A stretch of DNA of 39,962 nt from Candidatus Hadarchaeales archaeon (GTDB lineage: Archaea; Hadarchaeota; Hadarchaeia; Hadarchaeales; JAWBSP01). Under the pieces are notes generated by a model, which did not search any database, was not told where the DNA came from, and worked only from the letters and a program-made list of their open reading frames with translations. The translations under genes were made by a program, and so were the position numbers. Below, one piece after another: positions 29,217 to 39,005 of the stretch; the first letter of the stretch is position 1; every line of letters begins with the position of its first letter. The stretch covers positions 1 through 39,962 of the forward strand of contig JAWBSP010000012.1 of the NCBI GenBank assembly GCA_038842485.1, in the 5' to 3' direction.

Positions 29217-29768
29217 ATGCTTGAGCTGCTAAGGAAGCTCAACAACTTGAAGCACCTTCCTAGGACGGGCTGGTCCTTCTGCTCAATTCCCCCCTCAGAA
29301 ACCGAGGACGTGGCCCAGCACACCTTTGAGGTGGCCTCCATCTGCCTGCTTCTTTCCGAAGGCCTGGAGGTGAACAGGGAGAAGGTCTTGAAGCTGGCGT
29401 TGATTCATGACTGGCCAGAGGCGGTTGTGGGTGATTTCTCCTACACCGCCCTCCCCTTCCTGGGTGGGAAGGAGGTTAAGGGCAGGATAGAGGATAGAGC
29501 TCTTCAGAGTTTCCTAGGGAATGAAAAGGAACTTGTGGAGCTCTGGAGGGAGGGCAGGGAGGACAGAACTCCTGAAGCTAGACTAGTCCGCTTCTCGGAT
29601 TACCTCTCCATCCTGCTCCAGGCTCTTCATTACTTTGAGAGGGGCAATCGTTCTCAGGGTCTCAGGGAGCTCTGCGAAAACGTTTGCAAGGACCTCGATC
29701 CCTATCTCTCCTTCTTCCCGCAGTTCAAGCCTCTGGTGGACGAGCTCCGCGCTCTTCTCCGCTTCTGA
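29217..29768 (+). CDS. HD-domain hydrolase (YfbR/HDDC2-like)
   Basis: LKHLPRTGW, EDVAQH, IHDWPEAVVGD, TPEARLV. Confidence 0.9.
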   Translation: MLELLRKLNNLKHLPRTGWSFCSIPPSETEDVAQHTFEVASICLLLSEGLEVNREKVLKLALIHDWPEAVVGDFSYTALPFLGGKEVKGRIEDRALQSFLGNEKELVELWREGREDRTPEARLVRFSDYLSILLQALHYFERGNRSQGLRELCENVCKDLDPYLSFFPQFKPLVDELRALLRF

Positions 29769-30093
29769 ACTTCTTCACCAGCTCCTCCAGCTCGCCCACC
29801 TCTGGAATGGGGGGCTGGTATCCTCCCCCCATCCTCTTCGAGAGGGGGGAGAGGACGGCACCCACACCCACGATGGAAAGCCCCAACAGCAGGCACGCCT
29901 CAAGAGATCCCCAGCCCAGCAACCCGGCGTAAATGGAGGGGATGGTTGAAACCAGCCCGCAGCCAACACACATGATTAACATGAGTTTCCTCCTTCTCCG
30001 GTAGAGGAGGGGTACCCTCCCACCCATTCCCAAGAACATGGCATTCAACCCGAAGGCGGGGGCGCCGAGTAGCAGCAACACCATCCACTTCAT
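29725..30093 (-). CDS. Hypothetical membrane protein
   Basis: Three hydrophobic stretches; ATG overlaps the nth stop. Confidence 0.65.
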   Translation of the reverse strand: MKWMVLLLLGAPAFGLNAMFLGMGGRVPLLYRRRRKLMLIMCVGCGLVSTIPSIYAGLLGWGSLEACLLLGLSIVGVGAVLSPLSKRMGGGYQPPIPEVGELEELVKKFRSGEERGARPPEA

Positions 30094-30701
30094 CCCGTTC
30101 TAGACTTGCAGCTCTTTATGGGACAGAGCGAGCAGGCAGGGTTGCGGGGGAGGCATATCTCCCTTCCGAACAGCACCATTCCACGGTTCAGGAGGGCCCA
30201 GTCCTCCCTCCTGAAAATCCTCTTCAGCTCCCTCTGGACCTCCTCGACGTCGGCCTCCTCCCTCACCAGGCCTAGTCTCTTGCTTATTCTGTTCACGTGC
30301 GTGTCCACAGGTATGCAAGGTTCCCCGAAACCATAGCACCTCGTGACATCCGCAGTCTTGGGCCCAACCCCCGGAAGCTCCATTAGTTTCTCCCTCTCGC
30401 TCGGCACCCTCCCCTCATATTTTTCTAGGAGGATCCGGCAGACCTCCTTTATTCGTCTGGCCTTCTGTTTGGCGAACCCGACCCTCCTTATCAGCCTTTC
30501 GAGTCTGCGGAGAGGAAGTTTGAGCATACGCTCGGGTGTGGGGGCGACGGAGAAGAGGGCCTGCGAGGCGGCCTCCGTGTTCTCCTCCCTAGTTCGCTGG
30601 GAGAGGATACAGCTTATCAGTACCCTGAACGGATCTTCCCTCGCCACAGCTTCCGGATATCTCTCCTTCAGAAAGCGGAGGAGTTCAGCCGCCGCGTTCA
30701 T
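30090..30701 (-). CDS. nth: Endonuclease III
   Basis: DPFRVLISCILSQRT, HhH LPGVGPKTA, VDTHVNRISKRLG, C-terminal four-Cys cluster; start probably ATG 30701. Confidence 0.93.
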   Translation of the reverse strand: MNAAAELLRFLKERYPEAVAREDPFRVLISCILSQRTREENTEAASQALFSVAPTPERMLKLPLRRLERLIRRVGFAKQKARRIKEVCRILLEKYEGRVPSEREKLMELPGVGPKTADVTRCYGFGEPCIPVDTHVNRISKRLGLVREEADVEEVQRELKRIFRREDWALLNRGMVLFGREICLPRNPACSLCPIKSCKSRTG

Positions 30702-31020
30702 CCAAGATCTCGAGTATTTTCTTGGCAAGGGCATGGTAGCATAGGTCAACCCCCGCCTTCCCCGTTACCACGTTCATGACGTAATCCATGCAGTAGCAGA
30801 GATCCCTCACGATTTCGTATTCCTCCGTCTTTCCCCTCACCACCCAGATCTTCCCCTTTCTCCTGACCCGCCCTTGCCTGATGGCGGAAAGAGCCTTTCT
30901 CCCTCTCTCGCCGTAAACCTCTATTATCTTCCTCTCCACTTCTGGTGTCAGCCCCTCTCTCCTCAGAAGCCCCAGAAGTTCCTCCTTTTTCGCCCGGAAA
31001 TCCTCCCGTTTTACTTCCAT
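30685..31020 (-). CDS. SWIM zinc-finger protein
   Basis: WVVRG...YEI...CYCMDY...CYHALA (CxC...CxH). Confidence 0.8.
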   Translation of the reverse strand: MEVKREDFRAKKEELLGLLRREGLTPEVERKIIEVYGERGRKALSAIRQGRVRRKGKIWVVRGKTEEYEIVRDLCYCMDYVMNVVTGKAGVDLCYHALAKKILEILDERGG

Positions 31021-31035
31021 CGGTCAAGAGTTCGA

Positions 31036-31851
31036 GTGGAGGTTCTAAAGCTTCTGCAGCGGAGAGGGATTCGCCCCAGCAAGAGGGCCGGCCAGCACTT
31101 CTTGGTGGTGGAGGATGTGTTGAGACGAATGGTGGAGTATGCGGAACTCTCCCCCCAAGACACCGTTTTGGAGATAGGTGCTGGTATCGGTAATTTGACC
31201 ACGCTGCTGGCCGAGAGGGCTGGAAAGGTGCTGGCTCTCGAGAAGGACCGAAGGCTTCTCCCCGTTCTACGCGAGAGACTTTCAGGGTATGATAATGTGG
31301 AGCTGATGAATGTGGATTTTCTTAAGGCGGAACTGCCTCCTTTCAATAAGGTGGTTTCAAACCTTCCCTTCCAAATCTCCTCGGAGGCGACCTTCAGGCT
31401 CTTGGGGATGAAGTTCGAGCTAGCAGTGCTCACCTACCAGAGGGAGTTTGCGAGAAGACTCGTGGCTTCCCCCGGTTCCGAGGATTACGGGAGGCTCACG
31501 GTCGCGGTGGGGATGAGGGCCGAGGTGGAGCTGATGGAGGAGGTTTCCCCCGCCTGCTTCTTTCCCCCTCCAAAAGTCTCATCTGCCATCGTCAGGTTGA
31601 GACCAAGGCCCCCGCCTCTCTCGCCGAAAAACTGGGAGACGTTTGATGGGGTTCTGAGGGCCCTCTTCCAGCACCGCAGGCAGAAGGTCAGGAATGCCCT
31701 GTTTCACTCACTCTCAAAACTTTGGCCCGGAACCTCCAAGCGAGAGGCCCGCTCCCTTCTCGCTAGGATACCATCGGAGCTGCTGGAGAAAAGGGTTCTG
31801 GACCTGAAACCGGAGGAAATCGTTAGGCTGTCCGATTTCACTTCTCCATGA
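31036..31851 (+). CDS. rsmA: 16S rRNA adenine dimethyltransferase
   Basis: GQHFL, VLEIGAGIGNLT, VVSNLPFQISS, YGRLTV, FFPPPKVSS; GTG 31036 taken as start. Confidence 0.93.
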   Translation: MEVLKLLQRRGIRPSKRAGQHFLVVEDVLRRMVEYAELSPQDTVLEIGAGIGNLTTLLAERAGKVLALEKDRRLLPVLRERLSGYDNVELMNVDFLKAELPPFNKVVSNLPFQISSEATFRLLGMKFELAVLTYQREFARRLVASPGSEDYGRLTVAVGMRAEVELMEEVSPACFFPPPKVSSAIVRLRPRPPPLSPKNWETFDGVLRALFQHRRQKVRNALFHSLSKLWPGTSKREARSLLARIPSELLEKRVLDLKPEEIVRLSDFTSP

Positions 31852-34027
31852 ATTCCTCCGGTTTGGGAACCTCCAGCTTGAGCCCCTTCCGCTTTCTCAC
31901 CTCTTGAATCACCTGCTGTTCCAGCTCGGGGGGGAGGCGCTCGAACTTTTCGAACTGGGTTGACCAGATGGCCCTCCCCTGCGTTTCGGACCTCATGTCC
32001 GTGGCAAGCCCGAAGGAGTTGGCCACTGGCAGGAGGGCGGTGATGATGACCAGATCCTCCTGGGTTTCCATGTTCAGAATCTTTCCTCTCCTTCCCTGAA
32101 TCACCCTAAGCGCCCCGCTCATGAACTCCTGCGGGACCCTCACCTCCAGCCTGAAGAGTGGCTCCATGATGACAGGATTACTCATGAGAAGACAGGCTTG
32201 GATGGGCCTCCTGACCGCAGGGATGATCTGAGCCGGACCCCTGTGGACGGAGTCTTCGTGTAGCATGGCGAAGTTTATGAGAACCTTGGCTCCCCTCAGC
32301 GGTTCCCTCATCACCGGGCCCTCCTCCGAGACCTGCCTGAAGGCTTCGATGATGTAGTCCTCCACCTCTCTCATGTACTGCGTCCCCTTGGTTACGTCCG
32401 TGATGATGTTGGTACCCACCACTGACAAAACGTTTTTGGCAGCCTCCGCATCCCAACCCAGTTCCCTGAGTATTCTCGCCCTTTCCTTCTTATCCTGCTG
32501 TGCGGTTATCCTCCTTTCCTCAATGGCCTTGATCACCTCCGGCTCCAGCGGCTCAACGGAAATCAGGAAGCGGTTGTGCTTGTTGGGCGACTTTCCCTCC
32601 ACCGGACCCGCGGGTTTGGTCGGGCTCTCCCTGTAGACCACCAGCGGCTCGGAGAACTTCACCTCCAGCCCAGCCTTCCCCAGCCTGTACTGAACGATTT
32701 CGAGGTGGACCTCTCCCATGCCCGACACGAGGTACTCCCCCGTCTCCTCGTTGATCTTTACGTGTAGGTTCGGATCCTCCCTCGCCAGCCTCTTCAGCTG
32801 ATTCACCAACTTCGGCAGATCCTGAAAGTTTTTGGGCTCCACCGCCACCGTCACGACCGGCTCGCTGATGTACTTCAGCTCCTCAAATGGGTATCCCTCA
32901 GCTCCCTCCTCCACCACAGTTTCCCCCACGAAGGCGTCCTGCAGTCCGATGAGGGCGGCAATGTTTCCAGCAGGAACCTTCTCCACCATCACTCTGTCGG
33001 GTCCCATGTAGATGCAGACCTGCTGGATTCTTGCATCCTTCTTGGCTGTCAGCAACCTCACGCTCTTTCCCTTTTCCAGCGTCCCGGAAAAGAGCCTCCC
33101 CGTGGCGATAACCCCGGCCTGCTCATCCACCACGATGTCGGTGATGACCATGCAAATCTTCCCATGCGGATCACAGAGAATCATCTGCTTTCCCAGCTCG
33201 GTGTTGGGGTCTCCCTTCCAGATGATCGGAATTCGGTTCTTTTGGGCCTCGGCGGGATTTGGCAGGTGATGTACCACCATGTCCAGGATGACCTCCCAGA
33301 CTGGGGAGAGTTTGGACAGCTCTCTCTGCTGTCCGTTCTTCACCATCTCCATGACCTGCTTGAAATTCAGGTTCTTCTTTTTCATCTGGGTGAAGGAGAT
33401 TCCCCACTTCTGTTTGGCCGAACCGAAAGCCACCGAGCCGTTCTCCACGTTGACTTGCCATTTCTCCCTCAGCTCCGGCGGGGCGTACCTCTTGATGAGC
33501 CCGTTAAACTGGGTGATGATTTTGGCGAAGCGCTGCTGAATGGCCTCGGGGCCCAGCTTCAGCTCGGTGATGAGTCTGTCAACCTTATTGATGTAGAGAA
33601 CGGGTTTGGTGCGCTCCGAGAGGGCCTGCCTCACCACCGTTTCGGTCTGGGGCATTACCCCCTCGACGGCGTCCACCACTACCACCACACCATCGATGGC
33701 TCTAAGGGCCCGCGTCACATCCCCGGTGAAGTCCACGTGGCCGGGCGTGTCAAGGAGGTTGATAAGGTATTCCTTTCCCTCAAGGTTGTGCACTAGGCTG
33801 ACCGCGGAGGTCTGGATGGTGATTCCCCTTTGCTGCTCGAGCTCCTCGTAATCGGTGAAGAGCTGCTCCCCCGCCAGCTCGAAGCTTATGATTCCCGAGG
33901 CCGCCACAAGCGAGTCGGTCAGGGTGGTCTTCCCGTGGTCCACGTGGGCCACTATTCCAATGTTTCTTATGCTAGTCACATCTTCCATGAGCTTCTGAAC
34001 CTCACCCACGTGCTTGTATCTTCTCAT
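31838..34027 (-). CDS. fusA: Elongation factor 2
   Basis: AHVDHGKTT, RGITI, DTPGHVDF, NKVD; diphthamide loop LHEDSVHRGPAQIIPA. Confidence 0.97.
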   Translation of the reverse strand: MRRYKHVGEVQKLMEDVTSIRNIGIVAHVDHGKTTLTDSLVAASGIISFELAGEQLFTDYEELEQQRGITIQTSAVSLVHNLEGKEYLINLLDTPGHVDFTGDVTRALRAIDGVVVVVDAVEGVMPQTETVVRQALSERTKPVLYINKVDRLITELKLGPEAIQQRFAKIITQFNGLIKRYAPPELREKWQVNVENGSVAFGSAKQKWGISFTQMKKKNLNFKQVMEMVKNGQQRELSKLSPVWEVILDMVVHHLPNPAEAQKNRIPIIWKGDPNTELGKQMILCDPHGKICMVITDIVVDEQAGVIATGRLFSGTLEKGKSVRLLTAKKDARIQQVCIYMGPDRVMVEKVPAGNIAALIGLQDAFVGETVVEEGAEGYPFEELKYISEPVVTVAVEPKNFQDLPKLVNQLKRLAREDPNLHVKINEETGEYLVSGMGEVHLEIVQYRLGKAGLEVKFSEPLVVYRESPTKPAGPVEGKSPNKHNRFLISVEPLEPEVIKAIEERRITAQQDKKERARILRELGWDAEAAKNVLSVVGTNIITDVTKGTQYMREVEDYIIEAFRQVSEEGPVMREPLRGAKVLINFAMLHEDSVHRGPAQIIPAVRRPIQACLLMSNPVIMEPLFRLEVRVPQEFMSGALRVIQGRRGKILNMETQEDLVIITALLPVANSFGLATDMRSETQGRAIWSTQFEKFERLPPELEQQVIQEVRKRKGLKLEVPKPEEFMEK

Positions 34028-34048
34028 TTCAGAACTCTCTAATCTTTC

Positions 34049-35239
34049 CTAAAACAATCTGCCCGACTCTATCGCCCCCCTCTCCTCCACCGGTGGCGGG
34101 AACTCGGTGGGGACTTCCTCCTGCCCGATCCCGATGGTGTTTCCTATACCCGCCACGATGACGACATCGCCGGGTTTCGTTCTCGTCCTCACGGCCTCCT
34201 CCACGAGCTTGGCGGCACGGTCACAGGCCTCTGCTATCCTAGAGTTCAGGGAGGTGATGGCCTCTCTGAAGGACTCCTTGATGATTATGGCATCCAGCGG
34301 TATCTTGTGCTTCACCGCAATCTGCTCTATTTTGTACTTCTCCGTCGGCGGTCCCCCTATGGCCGCCCCCACCCCCTCAATCACTTCCCCGCTCTTCTCT
34401 CCTTCCAGTTTGAGGGCGGCGTCTATCATGAGGATTCTGGCAGGCTTCTTCTTCCGCACCAGCCACTCAACCATCTCCCCGGGTTTTCCTACCCTTCCCC
34501 CCGGCCCCCTTGCCTTTATCAAGATGAGTTTTCTTCCCTCCAGTTCCTTCTCGGCGTAAACCATCTCCTCCACACCCTCCTTCCACTTACTCCCCTGCCC
34601 CAACTTTGCCACCACCAGCGGCCCAGCTCCATCCCCTATAGGTTTGTTTTCCGCGAAGACCTTGGTGGCCTCAAAGTAGGCCTTTCCGTATTCCTTCAGC
34701 AGGGGGGCCTGCATCTGGATGAGCATGGCAAGCTGGTAGCTCTTGGTTTTTTCCGCTAGGAGGATGTAGTGCCTCACAAGCCTGTAGAGGAAGTTGCTGG
34801 CCATGGCTGCCTCCGCCACCATCTCTAGGGAGGCGGAAGTTTCCGGGTCGGCCTTGGGGGCCAGCGAGGAGATCATTCCCTCGAACCTCTTCTTCCTCAC
34901 ATCCAGCAGGTGGTCAAGCCTCTGAATGACTCCCACCGGGTCGTCGGAAACCGGCTCGATGGTGAAGAACTCCAAGAAACTGTCAAACTGTTTCTCAAAG
35001 TCCCGTTTGGGTCTTCCGTACTTGGAAAGGGTGTTCAGGGAAATTCTCCTGCTCTCATCTGCCCACTCCTTGAGGTTCCTCAGGATTTTTGCCGCCTCCC
35101 TGATCCCTAACCTAGCCTGAATGCTGATGAGCTGCGGGGTGAAAAGGAGGGAAAGGATGCTGAAGAGGAAGAGGATGGCTACCCACATCAGCACGTTCTC
35201 AAAGCCACCAAGTCCGCCGGCCAGAATTACCCACCACAT
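34049..35239 (-). CDS. DUF1512 family protein
   Basis: N-terminal TM; PIGDGAGPLV, GPGGRVG, IDAALKLEGE, EGVGAAIGG, GIGNTIGIGQ. Confidence 0.85.
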   Translation of the reverse strand: MWWVILAGGLGGFENVLMWVAILFLFSILSLLFTPQLISIQARLGIREAAKILRNLKEWADESRRISLNTLSKYGRPKRDFEKQFDSFLEFFTIEPVSDDPVGVIQRLDHLLDVRKKRFEGMISSLAPKADPETSASLEMVAEAAMASNFLYRLVRHYILLAEKTKSYQLAMLIQMQAPLLKEYGKAYFEATKVFAENKPIGDGAGPLVVAKLGQGSKWKEGVEEMVYAEKELEGRKLILIKARGPGGRVGKPGEMVEWLVRKKKPARILMIDAALKLEGEKSGEVIEGVGAAIGGPPTEKYKIEQIAVKHKIPLDAIIIKESFREAITSLNSRIAEACDRAAKLVEEAVRTRTKPGDVVIVAGIGNTIGIGQEEVPTEFPPPVEERGAIESGRLF

Positions 35240-35269
35240 CTAAAATTTCAGGACACAAAGTTAATTAGC

Positions 35270-35354
35270 GCGGGGGTAGCCAAGCCAGGTCAAAGGCGCG
35301 AGGTTCAGGACCTCGTCCCGTAGGGGTTCGGGGGTTCGAATCCCCTCCCCCGCA
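35270..35354 (+). tRNA. tRNA-Leu(CAG)
   Basis: Acceptor GCGGGGG/CCCCCGC, anticodon arm CGAGG-TTCAGGA-CCTCG, long variable arm, T arm GGGGG-TTCGAAT-CCCCT, discriminator A; CCA not encoded. Confidence 0.97.
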
Positions 35355-35398
35355 CCCCGGCAAAGAAATTGGAGGGGGGCTGCAAGTGATGCGGAATT

Positions 35399-35842
35399 TT
35401 AGGACGGCCTGAGTTCACGAGGCAAAAATTTGTCGCCAAGCAGGAGCTTGAAGGCTGGCACCATCGAGATGGTTTTGTCCCCTATCTTTTGGGTCCCTTC
35501 CTCCTGGGGGGTCACCACGTAGCCCCTTCCAACCTTGAACTTCTCCATGAAGGCAAGCAAACCGCTCAGATCGACCTTTCTATATTTTATCTCCACGGGT
35601 ATCGGCCTGCGTTTTCCCATCACCACATCGACCTCGTTCTTGTACGGATCTCTCCAGAAGAACTCGGCTTTCAGCTGGTTGACCACTGCCCACTCGAAGA
35701 CACGGGAGCGTGAGAGCTCATCCTCGCTGAACACGAGATCCACGGAAGCAATGGTTGGATAGTACTTCCTCAGCTTCCGCTCGACCTTCCTCCTACCGGT
35801 GGAGAAGTTGTAGAGCTTCCTGAGCATGAAGGAGTGCTCCAA
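35399..35842 (-). pseudogene. C-terminal fragment of an AAA+ ATPase/DUF4143 family gene
   Basis: FWRD...EVDVV...IPVEIKY nuclease-like tail typical of ~400-aa AAA_14/DUF4143 proteins; no Walker motifs and no room upstream for the ATPase domain. Confidence 0.7.
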
Positions 35843-35860
35843 TTTTTGGCATTTTAATTA

Positions 35861-35882
35861 CTCACAAATTCTATTTTGTGAG
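35861..35882. repeat. Inverted repeat CTCACAAA-N6-TTTGTGAG
   Basis: Perfect 8-bp arms around TTCTAT in an AT-rich intergenic region. Confidence 0.8.
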
Positions 35883-35925
35883 AATTGTAAATACCTCATT
35901 CTCATCCTCTTGTAAGCTGGTAACC

Positions 35926-36786
35926 TTAGACAATTCGCGTCACGAGCATGGAGGCCAGCAGCGGTATGGTAATGTTGTCGCTTATCTCAAGTGGCATGGA
36001 TTCAAAAAAGGCGAGGGACGAGGCGATCACCACACTAGCGGCGGGATTAACTCTGAGGAGAGCGGAAATGAGGAGACAAGTGAGGAAGAATGCGAGCGAT
36101 CCCTCAAAGCTCTTGCGGGGGTTGTGGGGCCACTTGTGCCTACCAAAGCTTATCCCGGTTAAGGCGGCGGCAGGGTCGGCAAGGGTCAGCGTCAGGATGG
36201 AAAACACGGCAACGTTCGTGGGAGTAAGGCCGACCAGAAGGAGCGAGGAGATCAGAGTGAAAAGGGAGGGCACGAAGAACTTCTCCTCTATCGGGTTTCT
36301 GGCGGGCTTGGACAGGAGCTCGCAGCTGAGGGAGATGAGGGCGTCCCTCTTTCCCCTCCTTTCAAGGGCCCTGAGCGATTCGGCGAAGAGGAATGTTACG
36401 AACCAGGCCGAGAGGAAGAGGATCGCCAGCGGTTTCCCTAAGTACGTGAAATAAACTATTAGGAGTCCGCCTGCTATGTGGGTCAGGGATCTGTACCACT
36501 GTTTTCCGGCCTTCTCGCAGAGCTCGTGAGCGATGGGAAGGAGGGACAGGATTCCAACGAAGGCGAGAAACGAGCCAACCGTCTGCTGCAGGAAGAGGGG
36601 AATCATTTCCTCCAAAAGATGTGTGGGGAGAAAACGGGCGAGCAGGACAACGGTCGGGATGGAGAGGAGGAGGGAGGGGACGCTGCTCAATTTCCTCCTG
36701 TAAAGGTGAAAGAGGACCATCATTAGGGAAGCTAGGAAGAAAATGGTTGCAGCCAGACTGAACTCCAGCGGGAGCGACGAATTCAT
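35926..36786 (-). CDS. CTP-dependent polyprenol/diacylglycerol kinase family membrane protein (Sec59/Dgk1/Vte5-like)
   Basis: RSLTH, LADPAAALTG..FGRHK, KSFEGSLAFF, E...ISDNITIP. Confidence 0.87.
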   Translation of the reverse strand: MNSSLPLEFSLAATIFFLASLMMVLFHLYRRKLSSVPSLLLSIPTVVLLARFLPTHLLEEMIPLFLQQTVGSFLAFVGILSLLPIAHELCEKAGKQWYRSLTHIAGGLLIVYFTYLGKPLAILFLSAWFVTFLFAESLRALERRGKRDALISLSCELLSKPARNPIEEKFFVPSLFTLISSLLLVGLTPTNVAVFSILTLTLADPAAALTGISFGRHKWPHNPRKSFEGSLAFFLTCLLISALLRVNPAASVVIASSLAFFESMPLEISDNITIPLLASMLVTRIV

Positions 36787-36802
36787 CGCCTACTTCGAAC
36801 CG

Positions 36803-38641
36803 TCAGCACCCCCCGAAGAACTCTGGAGATATATAATCCTTGCCGAATTCCTGTCTAGCTTTCTCTAGCCTTCCCTTCTGGGCCTCGATGATCTCAAGAA
36901 CCTCACCCGGCACGTTCAGCACACCGCGCCAGAAGGCCAGCGCCCTGTTTATCTTTTCGAGGTTTTCTGGAATCCTCAGGGTGAACTGCCGTTTATAATC
37001 TTCCAGCGGGTACTCCTTTCCGAGGAGCTGTTTGAAGAGAGGTGCCAAATCCTTCCATCTCGGTATGCGTCCAGTCGGTGTCTTCACAGCATCCACATCC
37101 CCATTCACCCTCAACTCCATCCACTTCACCCAAACGTGCTTGTCGAGCTTGTCGGTCAGGAACTCACCCGTTCGGAGGTCGCGCAGGAAGTAATTTACGG
37201 CAAAAATCAGCGGGGGCTTGACGAGCTTCTCCCCGAAGCGAAGGTAGTTCCGGATGTAGTCGGCGAGGGGGATGGAGAGGAAGTCCTGCAGGCTCATGAC
37301 GTTTATCTCTACTTTCGGCTTCTCGGTGATCGCAAAGGTGGTCTCCGTCTCGAGACATCCTCCATATATCACCACCCCGTGCGCCCAGTCGAAGCTCTCC
37401 TGTACAGGCACATAGGCCCGATAGTCCCTTCCCCCGAACATGATGCCTCTGACCTCTACACCCTCAGGATTGTCCAGCTCGGGGTCGGCGTTGGGCAGGG
37501 CTCGGAGGTTCACGGCGTATCTCGCGTTGGGATGGGCAGGCGGGACCTCCTCGCCGTCTGGACCTCGTATGCCTCTCCTCCACTCCCCGAAGAAGTTGAT
37601 GCCCTCCTCTGGCAGTTCCTCTCCCATTCCGATCCAGTAGGGTCTTCCTTCCCTCACCAACACGTTGCTGAAGATGATTTCCGCCGGCGAGCTCAGAACC
37701 CGATATATAATCGGGTCATCCCGTGGATTTACATCCCGGATGATTCCAAAGATTCCTGCCTCCACGTTCACCATCCGGCATTTTCCCCCAACCGCCCTGA
37801 CATAGGCCAGGTCGTCCGCCAGAATGCTCTCACCGGGCAGCATGGCGGTTGAGGTTTTCCCACAGCCGCTCGGGAAGGCGCCGGCCAGATAGGTTTTCCT
37901 CCCACCCGGTCCTTTCACACCCATGATCATGAAGTGCTCTGCCAGCCAGCCCTCCCTGTGCGCCTTTCTGATGGCTAGGCGAAGGGCGAGCTTCTTGAAC
38001 CCCACCGAGTTGCCCGCGTACTGGGTGTTGACGCTATAAACAGTGTTCTGGGTGTAGTCGATGTAAATTCTTTTTTTGTCGTGATCGATGCTTTGCATTC
38101 TTTCATTCAACCTGCCGGCCGAGTGCAGGGTCTTGAAGATTTCCGCATCCGGCGGCAGCTGGGCGAAGATGGAGTAGCCCGGCCGGTAGAGGAGGGAAAC
38201 CGAGTGGGCAACGTACCAGGAATCCGTGCACTCCATGCATGGGATGGTGAAGAGCGAGTTTGGCGGCCCGAGGACGAGGAAGCGCACTATCATGGTCTTC
38301 CCCCTCATGCTTCCTCTCAGCAGCTCCAGCACCTCCTGAAGCCCCTTCTCCCTCTCCATCTGGTTGAGATAGGAATCTAGCCGCTCGCCGGGAGGAACCA
38401 AGAGCTTTGTTACCCCCCTGTCCCTGCCCTGGTCGAAGTAGCCGTCGAAGTGGTAGGTGTGACCGGGCGTGCTGAGCTGGTGCTCCTCGCCCGTTTCCAA
38501 GGCCATTTTTCGTATGTGCTCAAGATCCTGTGGGCTGTCGTCGCAAATGAAGACGCGGTCCGGTTTGCAGAGTTCGATGGAGGTTTCGATGAATTTTCTG
38601 GCCTCAGGATGACGTATTTTTTCGAGCTTGAGGGATTCCAT
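36803..38641 (-). CDS. pckG: Phosphoenolpyruvate carboxykinase (GTP)
   Basis: YAGNSVGFKKLALR, GWLAEH, AFPSGCGKTS, DDLAY, HPNAR, FGGR; start ATG 38641. Confidence 0.95.
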   Translation of the reverse strand: MESLKLEKIRHPEARKFIETSIELCKPDRVFICDDSPQDLEHIRKMALETGEEHQLSTPGHTYHFDGYFDQGRDRGVTKLLVPPGERLDSYLNQMEREKGLQEVLELLRGSMRGKTMIVRFLVLGPPNSLFTIPCMECTDSWYVAHSVSLLYRPGYSIFAQLPPDAEIFKTLHSAGRLNERMQSIDHDKKRIYIDYTQNTVYSVNTQYAGNSVGFKKLALRLAIRKAHREGWLAEHFMIMGVKGPGGRKTYLAGAFPSGCGKTSTAMLPGESILADDLAYVRAVGGKCRMVNVEAGIFGIIRDVNPRDDPIIYRVLSSPAEIIFSNVLVREGRPYWIGMGEELPEEGINFFGEWRRGIRGPDGEEVPPAHPNARYAVNLRALPNADPELDNPEGVEVRGIMFGGRDYRAYVPVQESFDWAHGVVIYGGCLETETTFAITEKPKVEINVMSLQDFLSIPLADYIRNYLRFGEKLVKPPLIFAVNYFLRDLRTGEFLTDKLDKHVWVKWMELRVNGDVDAVKTPTGRIPRWKDLAPLFKQLLGKEYPLEDYKRQFTLRIPENLEKINRALAFWRGVLNVPGEVLEIIEAQKGRLEKARQEFGKDYISPEFFGGC

Positions 38642-38663
38642 AAAAAAATAGGGGAATTCTTTA

Positions 38664-39005
38664 ATGAGCGTCATTGAGAGCTACGAGTTCGGCAGGATCG
38701 TCATCGACGGCAAGGTTTACACCTCCGATGTTCTGGTGTTTCCCGATAGGGTCAGGGAAGGCTGGTGGAGGAAGGAGGGACACAGGCTGGACGTGGAAGA
38801 CCTTGAGGAAGTGCTGGAGTTCAAGCCCGAGGTCTTGGTGGTGGGGACAGGCTACTCCGGTTGCATGGAGGTTCCTCAGTCTACCAAGAATTTCCTAGAG
38901 ATGAGGGGAATCAGGGTGCTCGAGGCGCCCACAAAGGAAGCGGCTGAACTCTTCAATAGGATGGTCAAAAAGCGGAAGGCCGCCGCCCTGCACCTCACCT
39001 GTTAA
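38664..39005 (+). CDS. Mth938-like (DUF498) protein
   Basis: IESYEFGRIVIDG, WWRKEGH, PEVLVVGTG, terminal LHLTC. Confidence 0.9.
   Translation: MSVIESYEFGRIVIDGKVYTSDVLVFPDRVREGWWRKEGHRLDVEDLEEVLEFKPEVLVVGTGYSGCMEVPQSTKNFLEMRGIRVLEAPTKEAAELFNRMVKKRKAAALHLTC

Noticed and set aside
35270-35354. tRNA-Leu(CAG) as the target of the C/D guide
   Set aside because: Pairing needs several G-U pairs and a mismatch; a CAA isoacceptor fits much better.
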